From NCBI GenBank assembly GCA_963731735.1, contig CAVSWO010000002.1:756257-820256 (forward strand): a stretch of 64,000 nucleotides of DNA, in the 5' to 3' direction. Source of the stretch: Candidatus Kerfeldbacteria bacterium. GTDB taxonomy: Bacteria; Patescibacteriota; Patescibacteriia; SBBC01; CAIJZX01. Below, in pieces: positions 28,194-37,206 of the stretch (positions are counted from its first letter, which is position 1; each line of letters opens with the position of its first letter). Made by a program: the position numbers and the translations under genes. The notes below the pieces were generated by a model, which was given only the letters and a program-made list of their open reading frames with translations, made no database searches and had not been told where the DNA came from.

Positions 28194-29234
28194 TTACGAT
28201 TCCGGTTTTTTTATGTATTCTTGGAGTAGGTGTGCAACCCGGCGGAAACTGTCAAGAGTGACGCTACGTTTATTCTGTAATCTTTCTTGCCAGTATGGTT
28301 GAAGATGATACGCGGCGTATGTTCGCCAGGCATGTAGCATTACTTTTTTTTGTGTATTGTGTTTATGCTTCGTCTGCTTGTAGAGTTGATCGAGCGGAGT
28401 TTGTAGATATTGGCGTCCAAGGATCCCTTGTGGTACGAGACTTGATACTAGGCCTTCGTTAAGCCAAACCCAGAGAGAAGGTGAGGGAAGCGATCGAAAA
28501 AGAGTCATCTGCTGTTGGGTAAAAAGCCGCAATTTTCGTTCATATGAGGGGCGCATAAAATGCGCATGGATAATTTCGTGGATAAGAATACCTCGCATTT
28601 TTTTATTACGGCACGAGGTGCGGAATTGGAGATCGCCAGCCTCGAGGACTACCGCATCTTTACCCACGTTAGCATTGCCACCGCCAACTGGGCATGGTAA
28701 TCCCTTCGGTCGCATGAGAAGAATCAAACGAATCTCTGCTTGGGGCCGAGCTTTCGGATAAAGGATCTGGAGGTCACGCATGCAGTGTTGGACCGATTGA
28801 GACTGCCAGATATGCTCCAATACTCTTTGGGCGGTGAGGAGGCGCGCCTTCTCACCCGACCAAACTTTCTCAAAACGAGGGTGTAGCGTTTTTTTGATGT
28901 TCGCAAGTTGATCATAATCTTTTGTTGATAAAGCGAGTGCCAGCGATGGCCAGACTTCAGCCTCTGGAAAGAGCTGGAAGTACGTACCGAGAAATTGACG
29001 CGAGGTACCGAGTCCATACGTACGCATGAGTTTCCGGAAATCATGAAGCGCGCGCTGCTCTGAAGTACGTAAGGGGCCAGTCAAATGTAACCACTTTTTG
29101 TTATAGGCAGGGTTACAGGAAAAGTGCCACTCGCTTAAGTTAGAAATAAAAAAATAGAAATTCGCCTCACGGGAGCAAAAAACTTTCAATTGCATACCTA
29201 CCGTGAGTGTACTCGGACGGCTTACAAAGTTCAA
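28194..29234 (-). CDS. HExxH zinc-metallopeptidase-like protein (MA-clan, HEIIH ... WLNEGLVS)
   Basis: 346-aa ORF in an AT-rich stretch. It is a paralog of the 30773 gene. TTG start, with an alternative ATG at 29195. Confidence 0.55.
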   Translation of the reverse strand: MNFVSRPSTLTVGMQLKVFCSREANFYFFISNLSEWHFSCNPAYNKKWLHLTGPLRTSEQRALHDFRKLMRTYGLGTSRQFLGTYFQLFPEAEVWPSLALALSTKDYDQLANIKKTLHPRFEKVWSGEKARLLTAQRVLEHIWQSQSVQHCMRDLQILYPKARPQAEIRLILLMRPKGLPCPVGGGNANVGKDAVVLEAGDLQFRTSCRNKKMRGILIHEIIHAHFMRPSYERKLRLFTQQQMTLFRSLPSPSLWVWLNEGLVSSLVPQGILGRQYLQTPLDQLYKQTKHKHNTQKKVMLHAWRTYAAYHLQPYWQERLQNKRSVTLDSFRRVAHLLQEYIKKPES

Positions 29235-29954
29235 TACCTATCACGTTCATCGAAATTTACGTATACTGAGGCATATGGCTCATGTCCGTTTTTCCATCAA
29301 TCTCCGCGAGGACGCGAAAAACTGGGTGCGACTCGGTCAAATGAAACGCATGCAGCCATCAAACAGCTACTCAAACTCGGCTGTGATGTCCGAATAAACA
29401 CGTGTGTGGGATCGCATAACCTGAGTGTTATGCCAGAGTTTCTCCATTTCGTGAGCGAGGAATTCGGGATTTTGCATAGGCTTGTGCACGTCGAGCCCCT
29501 TGGGCGAGCGAAAGAGAACTCTGGACTGACTGTCGAAGACAAAGCCTTTGCCCGAGTGGTCAACCAGCGTTCTGGCAAGGTGGAGTTTTTAGATAGTCAC
29601 GACGAAGTGTCTGCTCGTGACTTTCGTCTTCCGCCATGCGGCGTCGGACAATCCATGGCATTTGTCGATGCCTATGGAAATGTTTCGCTCTGTCCAACAA
29701 TGACCCAGAATGAGTACCCAGGTTTCTTGGCGGGTTCTTTACGAAAAACGCCTTTGCAAGAAATCTGGACGCGATCTCCAACGTTCATCCGATATCGTGG
29801 CATCCAGTGCCGTGATGTCACGACCTGTCCGGCCAAAACGCAGTGCAAGGGCGGTTGTCGCAGCCACGCTTTCATTGCGACTGGCAATCCCAATGCTCCT
29901 GACCCTGGAATGTGTGCGGTTTTCCAAGATCAGCATAACCAGAACGGCCCATAA
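29190..29954 (+). CDS. C-terminal half of a second radical SAM enzyme (barrel end + SPASM) lacking the CX3CX2C core; possibly a remnant
   Basis: LPPCGVGQS..VDAYGNVSLCP..CRDVTTCPAKTQCKGGCRSHA..DPGMC resembles PqqE/MftC/SCIFF-maturase C-terminal halves. It has only a TTG start and overlaps the convergent peptidase gene by 45 nt. Confidence 0.4.
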   Translation: MHTYRECTRTAYKVQYLSRSSKFTYTEAYGSCPFFHQSPRGREKLGATRSNETHAAIKQLLKLGCDVRINTCVGSHNLSVMPEFLHFVSEEFGILHRLVHVEPLGRAKENSGLTVEDKAFARVVNQRSGKVEFLDSHDEVSARDFRLPPCGVGQSMAFVDAYGNVSLCPTMTQNEYPGFLAGSLRKTPLQEIWTRSPTFIRYRGIQCRDVTTCPAKTQCKGGCRSHAFIATGNPNAPDPGMCAVFQDQHNQNGP

Positions 29955-29975
29955 CATTGCTTGTTATGGGCCGTT
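29944..29975 (+). terminator. 14-bp perfect hairpin
   Basis: AACGGCCCATAACAttgctTGTTATGGGCCGTT followed by an AT-rich tract. Confidence 0.6.
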
Positions 29976-29992
29976 ATCTTATAATAAAAATA

Positions 29993-30766
29993 ATGTCGAG
30001 CCTTGCTCACGTTCGATTTAAACTGGTGCCGGAAAAGCTTGAGATCGATACGCTGTATGGATTTTTGTTTGAGGACCCTTGGGGATGGGGGGGTCGAATT
30101 GTTCGTAAGCATCCGAATATAAAACCAGTGCTCAAACTTACCCAAGAATCGGTCCGGATACAATATCTTCGAAAATACGTACGAGACTTTCGTCGTTCAC
30201 GCGCAGTCGAAATGCAGCGGCAACTTGAGAAGCTGCCTCGGGCCTGGGGAAGGGTTGAACAGCCGGCTTTTATCGCCCTTCAGCAACTGATTGAAACGAA
30301 TTGGCCCAAGCAGCGTCCCATACATGCCCTGATGTCGATTAACCCGATCTGTCCAAGATTTTTGCGAGAGTGGACTTTTTTTTGGTACTGGCGCTACAAA
30401 CAAAAAGATATTTTTGAAATTATTCTTCATGAATGCAGCCACTTTCTGTATTTTCAAAAATGGCAGGAAGTTTTCCCGCAAGATCGTCCACGATCTTTTG
30501 ACTCGCCGCATCTTATTTGGCATCTAAGTGAAATTCTAACCCCAATTTTACTGATGCAACCGGAGCTACAGAAATATTTACGCCAGAAACCAACTTTTTA
30601 CCGCGAGCACCAACGGCTTCGAATCAAAGGCAAGACCGCGCCAGCGTATTTTCGGGATTTGTATCATCGTTCAAGAAATCGACATGAGTCGTTTGCATGC
30701 TTTCTAATTAAGGCACGGAAGGCTATTGAACAACAAAAAAGAAAATTCGCAAACGTATATTCTTGA
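29993..30766 (+). CDS. HExxH metallopeptidase-like protein (HECSH)
   Basis: ILHECSHFLYF motif. Third member of the local HExxH paralog set. Confidence 0.5.
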   Translation: MSSLAHVRFKLVPEKLEIDTLYGFLFEDPWGWGGRIVRKHPNIKPVLKLTQESVRIQYLRKYVRDFRRSRAVEMQRQLEKLPRAWGRVEQPAFIALQQLIETNWPKQRPIHALMSINPICPRFLREWTFFWYWRYKQKDIFEIILHECSHFLYFQKWQEVFPQDRPRSFDSPHLIWHLSEILTPILLMQPELQKYLRQKPTFYREHQRLRIKGKTAPAYFRDLYHRSRNRHESFACFLIKARKAIEQQKRKFANVYS

Positions 30767-30772
30767 TTAAGC

Positions 30773-31417
30773 ATGCGTCAACAACAACCATCGCCAGTTA
30801 TCATTGCTCGAGCCTTTCAAACGCGACCCGAATTAGCGCGCTTTGCCAAACGCACGCACGCTCGTTACCAGCGATGGTTTAAGACCAAGCTGTCATTACC
30901 AACAATCGTTATTTTGCAACAGCGACGGCTGGTTCGTGAATTCTGGAAATCGGCGCAAGACGACTGGAAAGTCGGTTGGTATCGAAACAAGGTGATTTAC
31001 CTCCTTGATCAGTCGCTGGCAGAAAGAAGCCGAGGGGATTGGTACCGACTCCTTGGGCATGAACTCGCGCACCCGTTTATTAATTATGTGAGCGAAGGTA
31101 AGGCACCGCGATGGCTGAATGAGGGCTTAGCAAGTCGCTTAGCCGGGCAACGCCAGCACCGCGCGACACCCAAAGAAGTGGTGACGTTTTTTCGTCAACG
31201 AAAATCACCAAATAATTTGAATGTCTATGGTGTTGGTCGAGTTATGACCGATGAGGTATTGGCACGGTACGGCCGACAGAAAATCCTGCAATTTCTCAAA
31301 CAAATCGCTAAGACACGAACGATCTCTCTGGCTTTCCGTCAGACGTTTGGCCTCAGTTGGCACGACCATATGCGTGCGTACCAGACTAGGAACCACACTT
31401 CATTGTTGAATAGATAG
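30773..31417 (+). CDS. HExxH metallopeptidase-like protein (HELAH ... WLNEGLASRL; Peptidase_MA-like)
   Basis: LLGHELAHPFINYV followed 14 aa later by RWLNEGLA. Confidence 0.6.
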   Translation: MRQQQPSPVIIARAFQTRPELARFAKRTHARYQRWFKTKLSLPTIVILQQRRLVREFWKSAQDDWKVGWYRNKVIYLLDQSLAERSRGDWYRLLGHELAHPFINYVSEGKAPRWLNEGLASRLAGQRQHRATPKEVVTFFRQRKSPNNLNVYGVGRVMTDEVLARYGRQKILQFLKQIAKTRTISLAFRQTFGLSWHDHMRAYQTRNHTSLLNR

Positions 31418-31437
31418 GGCTGTAGTACAATTATCCC

Positions 31438-31866
31438 ATGGCCACCCGCGTCCTGCTGATCGAAGATGAACCCTTACTGGTTTCGCTGTATGCGACATTG
31501 CTGGCGAAAGAGGGGTATGAAGTGCTGACCGCGCTCGATCTCGAGGCCGGCGAGGAGAAAGTTGTCGTCGTTCGGCCGCATGTCATATTGCTGGACTTAT
31601 TGATACCGAATAAACAGGCGGCTGAACATGCCGAAGGCGACTATCATGAACCGCCGGGTTTTCAAATTTTACGGCTCGTTAAAGGCACCCCCTCATTGAA
31701 AGACACCCGGGTGATTGTGTTGTCCAATCTTGATTCGGATGAACACGTCCAAACAGCCAAGCATTTGGGCGCCGACGCCTACCTGGTCAAATCCAATATT
31801 GACCCGCACGATTTGAAAGCCCAAGTCGAAAAAATACTGCAAACCAATCCGACCAGTCCGGCATGA
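31438..31866 (+). CDS. single-domain CheY-like response regulator receiver
   Basis: LLIEDEP, VILLDLLIP (phospho-Asp) and YLVKS (Lys). Confidence 0.75.
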   Translation: MATRVLLIEDEPLLVSLYATLLAKEGYEVLTALDLEAGEEKVVVVRPHVILLDLLIPNKQAAEHAEGDYHEPPGFQILRLVKGTPSLKDTRVIVLSNLDSDEHVQTAKHLGADAYLVKSNIDPHDLKAQVEKILQTNPTSPA

Positions 31867-33137
31867 TGGACCGTCCGCGGCACGTCCGTAAACATATCGT
31901 GATCGCCGGAGGCGGTTTTGCCGGTTTGGCGGCGGCTTTGGAATTGGAGCGGTTGCGCCGGTCGGACGACCACTACAACGTGACCCTGATCGAGAAAAAC
32001 AGTTACCACACCTTTCACGCGCTGCTCTACGAAGTCGCGACGGCCGCCTCGACGCCGCGCCCGGAAGACCTGGCCAAGCTTGAGGAAGGCGTGTCGATCG
32101 ATTACCGCGCGCTGACCAAACTGGAACTTAAACGGCCGGTCTCGATTGTCCAAGGAGAAATTACCGATATCCGGTTGGACTCGGGTCAGCTCGCGTTTCG
32201 CGACCAGCCGCCGATGGATTTTGATTCGATCATTTTGGCCTTGGGCAGTGAATCTAATGATTTCGGTATCCCGGGCTTGACTGAATACAGCGTCTCATTG
32301 AAAGAACTGCCGGATGCGCTGAAAATTCACGGCCGTCTGCATCAGCTGCTGGATCACTGCGACCGGCATCAGCAACCGGTCACGATGGTGGTCGGCGGGG
32401 GCGGTATTTCCGGGATTGAAACGGTCAGCGAGTTACGACACTTCGTGCTGAAACACTGTCGGGAGTCTGACTATGATGCCAGTTTGGTGCGGATCGTGTT
32501 ACTCGAAGCCGCGCCGACCATCCTGCCGGGTTTTCCGGCCTGGGTGCAACAGGCCACGCTCCATCGGCTGGAGCGCTTGGGAGTCCAGGTTAAAACCGGC
32601 CAAGCCATCACCGGCTTAACCGCCACGCAGGTCCAGCTCAAGGACGGCCAAACACTTCCGCAGGATTTGTTCATTTGGAGCGGCGGCATCAAGGCCCACC
32701 ATCTGGCGCGGAATCTGGGCGTGGAATGCGTCGGGAATAAACATCAAGTTTGCGTCGACGAGTACCTGCGGATCCCGACCCATCCGGAAGCCTACGTGAT
32801 TGGCGACTCGATGCACTTTATCGATCCGGCCACCCAGCGTCCGGTCCCGCAAGTTGCCCAGTTAGCCATCGCCCAGGGTCGGCAAGCCGCCCAGAATATT
32901 GTCCGCCAGATCCACCAACAACCATTGCAGCCGTATCGACCCGATCATGCCGGGTTTGTCTTTCCGGTCGGCGGCCGCTGGGCGATTAGTACGGTCTGGG
33001 GGATGCGTTTGACCGGCGGGTTGGCGTGGTTGGTGCGGAAACTCGTTGATTTCAAATATTACCTGAGCGTCTTGCGGTTCCGCAGCGCCTGCCGAATTTT
33101 CTTACGAGGCGAGCGGGTGTATATGGAGAATGATTAG
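31863..33137 (+). CDS. FAD/NAD(P)-dependent oxidoreductase, type II NADH dehydrogenase-like
   Basis: IVIAGGGFAGL dinucleotide fold; second Rossmann motif VVGGGGISGIE. Confidence 0.75.
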   Translation: MMDRPRHVRKHIVIAGGGFAGLAAALELERLRRSDDHYNVTLIEKNSYHTFHALLYEVATAASTPRPEDLAKLEEGVSIDYRALTKLELKRPVSIVQGEITDIRLDSGQLAFRDQPPMDFDSIILALGSESNDFGIPGLTEYSVSLKELPDALKIHGRLHQLLDHCDRHQQPVTMVVGGGGISGIETVSELRHFVLKHCRESDYDASLVRIVLLEAAPTILPGFPAWVQQATLHRLERLGVQVKTGQAITGLTATQVQLKDGQTLPQDLFIWSGGIKAHHLARNLGVECVGNKHQVCVDEYLRIPTHPEAYVIGDSMHFIDPATQRPVPQVAQLAIAQGRQAAQNIVRQIHQQPLQPYRPDHAGFVFPVGGRWAISTVWGMRLTGGLAWLVRKLVDFKYYLSVLRFRSACRIFLRGERVYMEND

Positions 33138-33244
33138 CGACGGCAGTTCTTCGGCCGCGATTGGCTGAACAGACATTTCGGCCGCCCAAAATTTTCGCCG
33201 TCCGGCTTTTCGCGTTTCGGTCGTATTTGTGGTATAGTTAACTC

Positions 33245-34402
33245 ATGCGGCTACGGAATGTACGGTCTGCTTCAGTCAAAAATAAACGAGTGCTGGTTCG
33301 GGTAGATATTAACGCTGAACGCGATCGACGCGGGCGGATTCGTGACACCTCGCGGATGGAAGCGTTGGTGCCGACCATCAGCTGGTTACGCCGGCATGGC
33401 GCTCGGGTGGTCTTACTGGCGCACCAAGGTCGGCCGACGGGCCGAACGCGATCGTTGTCGTTACGGCCCTACGCGCGTCCATTAGCCCGAATTCTGCACA
33501 CCCCGGTTACCTTTCTGGCCACTCCGCCGTCGGCCGCCACTACTCGAGCTGCCATCACCAAATTGCGACCCGGGCAAGTAGCCTTGCTCGAAAACTTGCG
33601 ATTTTATCCGGGCGAAGAAAAAAATCAAGCCACCTTCGTTCGACAACTGGCGGCCTTCGGCGACTTGTACGTGAACGAGGCTTTTTCGGTATCGCATCGG
33701 GCGGCTGCGTCGGTGGTCGGGCTGGCCAAGCGACTCCCAGCCTACGCCGGCCTCCGGTTACTCAAAGAAATCGCTATCCTCGAGCAATTGCGCCGACATC
33801 CGCGATCACCGTATGTCGCGGTGATTGGCGGTGCCAAAATTTCAACTAAGTTGCTCCTGATACAACAACTCGCCAAGCGCGCCGACGCGGTCGTCCTGGG
33901 CGGAGCCTTGGCCAACACCGCGCTGCAAGCCAGCGGCCAGCCGATCGGCCGATCACTGGCTGAACCGAAACTCCGGGCATCCATCCGCCGAATGCTCCAG
34001 CGTGCCTCGAACATCCGCCTGCCAGTCGACGTGGTGGTTCAGCGCGGCCGAACCAGCAAAACCGTCCAAGTCGCGGCGGTCCGGCCGGCCGACCGCATTC
34101 TGGATATTGGTCCCGGCAGTTTACGCGTCTACGCGGCGATTTTGCGTTCGGCTCGAACGATCGTTTGGAACGGCCCGCTGGGCGTCTATGAACAACCGCC
34201 GTTTGATCGCGGGACCGCGGCCATGGCTCGGGCGATTGCCCGCAGCCGGGCCCGGGCGGTGGCGGGTGGCGGAGAAACGCTGGATGCGATTCGCCGACAA
34301 CGATTGCAAAAAAAATTTTATTGGCTGTCGACCGGCGGGGGAGCGATGCTCGAATTCCTTGAGGGTCGAACCTTGCCTGGATTACAAGCCCTAACGCGTT
34401 AA
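33245..34402 (+). CDS. pgk: phosphoglycerate kinase
   Basis: VLVRVDINAERD, LLAHQGRP and GGGA hinge motifs. Confidence 0.85.
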   Translation: MRLRNVRSASVKNKRVLVRVDINAERDRRGRIRDTSRMEALVPTISWLRRHGARVVLLAHQGRPTGRTRSLSLRPYARPLARILHTPVTFLATPPSAATTRAAITKLRPGQVALLENLRFYPGEEKNQATFVRQLAAFGDLYVNEAFSVSHRAAASVVGLAKRLPAYAGLRLLKEIAILEQLRRHPRSPYVAVIGGAKISTKLLLIQQLAKRADAVVLGGALANTALQASGQPIGRSLAEPKLRASIRRMLQRASNIRLPVDVVVQRGRTSKTVQVAAVRPADRILDIGPGSLRVYAAILRSARTIVWNGPLGVYEQPPFDRGTAAMARAIARSRARAVAGGGETLDAIRRQRLQKKFYWLSTGGGAMLEFLEGRTLPGLQALTR

Positions 34403-34405
34403 CGT

Positions 34406-35665
34406 ATGTACATCACGCAGATTACCAGCCGACAAATTCTTGATTCACGCGGCCGACCGACCGTTGAATCGACCGTCCACCTGGATACCGGTATCTCGGC
34501 CACGGCGGCCGTACCCTCCGGCGCCTCGACCGGAACCCATGAAGCCTTGGAACTCCGCGATACCAAGTCGAAACGCTATGACGGGCTGGGCGTCCTGACG
34601 GCTGTCAAAAATGTGACCGGACCGATTGCCAAGGCCGTCAAAGATCAGGATGTTCGGCAGCAACGAGCGATTGACGAACGTATGATCAGTTTGGATGGGA
34701 CGGTCAATAAATCAAAACTCGGTGCCAACGCGATTTTGAGCGTTTCCCTGGCGGTCGCGCGGGCGGCCGCGGCCCTGGAACGGGCGCCGTTGTATGCTTG
34801 GATCCAGCAGGTCTATGATTTTCCGGCGGTCCGGGCCGACCAGTTGCCGCGGCCGATGATGAACGTCTTAAACGGCGGGCGGCACGCCGACACAGCCCTG
34901 AAAGTTCAGGAATTCTTATTGTTACCGGACGGGAAATCGACGGCCGAACAAATTGAACGCGGGGTCCGGATTTATCGGGCCTTGGGTGAACTGCTGGCCG
35001 AAAAAAAACTCCGGACCATGGTCGGCGATGAAGGCGGCTACGCGCCAGCCCTGACCGAAACCACGGTCGCGCTCGATTTTCTCGTCAAAGCTATTACCCA
35101 AGCCGGCTACCGGGCGCCGAAAGACGTGGCGCTGGGTATGGACGTGGCCGCTTCTGAATTCTTTACCCCGGCCACCGAACGCTACGCCTTCGGCCAAACC
35201 ACCGGCGGCCTGAGTGCCGACGGCATGATACAAACCTTGCGGGATTGGGTCCAAGCCTATCCGATTGAAACGTTGGAGGACGCGCTGGCCGAAGATGACT
35301 GGACTGGCTGGCAGGCTTTGACCGAGGCGCTGGGAAATCGGACGACCCTGATCGGCGATGATTTGTTCGTGACCAACGTGCACCGGTTGGAACGCGGGAT
35401 TGATGCCAACGTAGCCAACGCGATTTTGATTAAACCCAATCAAGTCGGCACCCTCACCGAGGCGATTGACGCGGTGGTCAAGGCCCAGGCGGCCCAATAC
35501 GGCGTGATCGTGTCCCATCGCTCGGGTGAAACGAATGATGACTGGATTACCGATATCGCGGTGGCGGTTGGGGCCCGGTTCCTGAAAGCCGGCGCGCCGG
35601 CTCGGGGAGAACGGGTGGCCAAATACAATCGCTTGCTGGCGATTGCCGATGCTCTACAGACATGA
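34406..35665 (+). CDS. eno: enolase
   Basis: ITSRQILDSRGRPTVE..SGASTGTHEALELRD. Confidence 0.95.
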   Translation: MYITQITSRQILDSRGRPTVESTVHLDTGISATAAVPSGASTGTHEALELRDTKSKRYDGLGVLTAVKNVTGPIAKAVKDQDVRQQRAIDERMISLDGTVNKSKLGANAILSVSLAVARAAAALERAPLYAWIQQVYDFPAVRADQLPRPMMNVLNGGRHADTALKVQEFLLLPDGKSTAEQIERGVRIYRALGELLAEKKLRTMVGDEGGYAPALTETTVALDFLVKAITQAGYRAPKDVALGMDVAASEFFTPATERYAFGQTTGGLSADGMIQTLRDWVQAYPIETLEDALAEDDWTGWQALTEALGNRTTLIGDDLFVTNVHRLERGIDANVANAILIKPNQVGTLTEAIDAVVKAQAAQYGVIVSHRSGETNDDWITDIAVAVGARFLKAGAPARGERVAKYNRLLAIADALQT

Positions 35666-37206
35666 GTGATCCGCGCCCACTGGTCATGATCATCCTGGAC
35701 GGCTGGGGCATCGCTCCGGATAGTCCGGGGAACGCGGTCACGCGGGCGAAAACCCCAACCCTGGACAGTTGGCGATCGAAGTATCCGTCGACCCAGCTCA
35801 AGGCCAGCGGCCAAGCGGTCGGCTTAAGTCCGCGCCAAGACGGCAACTCCGAAGCCGGGCATATGAACTTGGGCGCCGGTCGAGTCGTCAAACAAGATGC
35901 CGAACGGATTTCCGCCACCATCGCGGACGGTCGCTTTTTCCGGAATCCAGCCTTTCATGCCGCTATCCGGCACGTCAACAAGTATAATTCCGCCCTGCAT
36001 ATCATGGGCATGCTCGGCAGCAAGCAAAGCGCCCACGCCGACCCCGATCACTTGATGGCGCTGTTGATGTTGGCCCAGCAGGCACGGTTGCAACATGTTT
36101 GGGTGCATTTGTTTACCGATGGTCGGGATTCGCCGCGCTATTTCGCGCGTGAAATGCTGGAACGGATGCTCCCGCACTTCGGTGACGCCCGGGTCGGGAC
36201 GGTGATGGGCAGATTTTACGGCATGGATCGGAATAAAAATTGGGAACGAACGGAACTGGCGTATAACGCGCTGCGGCATGGCCAAGCCGACTATCATGTG
36301 GACGATCCCTTGGACGCCATCACCCAGGCCTACAATCGCGGCGAGAGTGATGAATTTATCAAGCCGACCATCGTCAACGGTTTTCATGGGATGCAAGAAA
36401 ATGATTCGATCATTTTCTTTAATCTGCGGTCCGATCGGGCGCGGCAAATTGCCAAAACCTTCGTGCAAACCGATTTCGAACGCCAGAACGCGGTCACCGG
36501 CGGATTTACCCGCCGCGATCCGATTCATCCGCTGTTCGTGTCGATGACCGATATTGGTCCGGACCTCGGGGATATGTTGAGCGCCTATCCGGCCGTCGAA
36601 TTGACGGAGACGCTCCCGATGGTGCTCAAGAACTTCCGCCAACTCTATATCGCCGAAAGTGAAAAATACGCCCACGTTACCTACTTTTTTAACGGCGGAT
36701 ACGCGCAGCCGGTGGCCGGCGAGCAACGGCGGATGGTGCCCTCGGCCTCAGTGCCGAATTTCGCGAACACGCCCGGCATGCAATCGCCGAAAATTGGTGA
36801 AATCATCCGGCACGGCATTCACGGGCACCAGTACGACGTCATCGTGGCTAACTTTGCCAATACCGATATGGTTGGCCATACCGGCAACCTGGCGGCCGGC
36901 ATTGCGGCGATGGAAATTACCGATAAAATTTTACGGGCGGTGGGACGCGAAGTGCTGGCGGCCAACGGCACCTTGATCGTGACGGCTGACCACGGCAACT
37001 TGGAAGAAATGCTCAATCTGCAAACCCAAGCGGTTGATACCGAGCATTCGAATAATCCGGTGCCGTTCCTGCTGATTGACCAGCAGTACCTGGGCAAAAA
37101 ACTGCGAACCGGTGGCGAGTTAGCGGACGTGGCGCCGACGATTTTGGAAATTTTGCAGGTCAAGCAACCGGACGCCATGACCGGCCGGTCATTACTTCAG
37201 GCATGA
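35662..37206 (+). CDS. gpmI: 2,3-bisphosphoglycerate-independent phosphoglycerate mutase, copy 1
   Basis: MIILDGWGIAP, SEAGHMNLGAGR and TADHGN motifs. Confidence 0.9.
   Translation: MSDPRPLVMIILDGWGIAPDSPGNAVTRAKTPTLDSWRSKYPSTQLKASGQAVGLSPRQDGNSEAGHMNLGAGRVVKQDAERISATIADGRFFRNPAFHAAIRHVNKYNSALHIMGMLGSKQSAHADPDHLMALLMLAQQARLQHVWVHLFTDGRDSPRYFAREMLERMLPHFGDARVGTVMGRFYGMDRNKNWERTELAYNALRHGQADYHVDDPLDAITQAYNRGESDEFIKPTIVNGFHGMQENDSIIFFNLRSDRARQIAKTFVQTDFERQNAVTGGFTRRDPIHPLFVSMTDIGPDLGDMLSAYPAVELTETLPMVLKNFRQLYIAESEKYAHVTYFFNGGYAQPVAGEQRRMVPSASVPNFANTPGMQSPKIGEIIRHGIHGHQYDVIVANFANTDMVGHTGNLAAGIAAMEITDKILRAVGREVLAANGTLIVTADHGNLEEMLNLQTQAVDTEHSNNPVPFLLIDQQYLGKKLRTGGELADVAPTILEILQVKQPDAMTGRSLLQA

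Noticed and set aside
35824-36726. 300-codon - strand ORF inside gpmI
   Set aside because: It is antisense to a conserved glycolytic gene.
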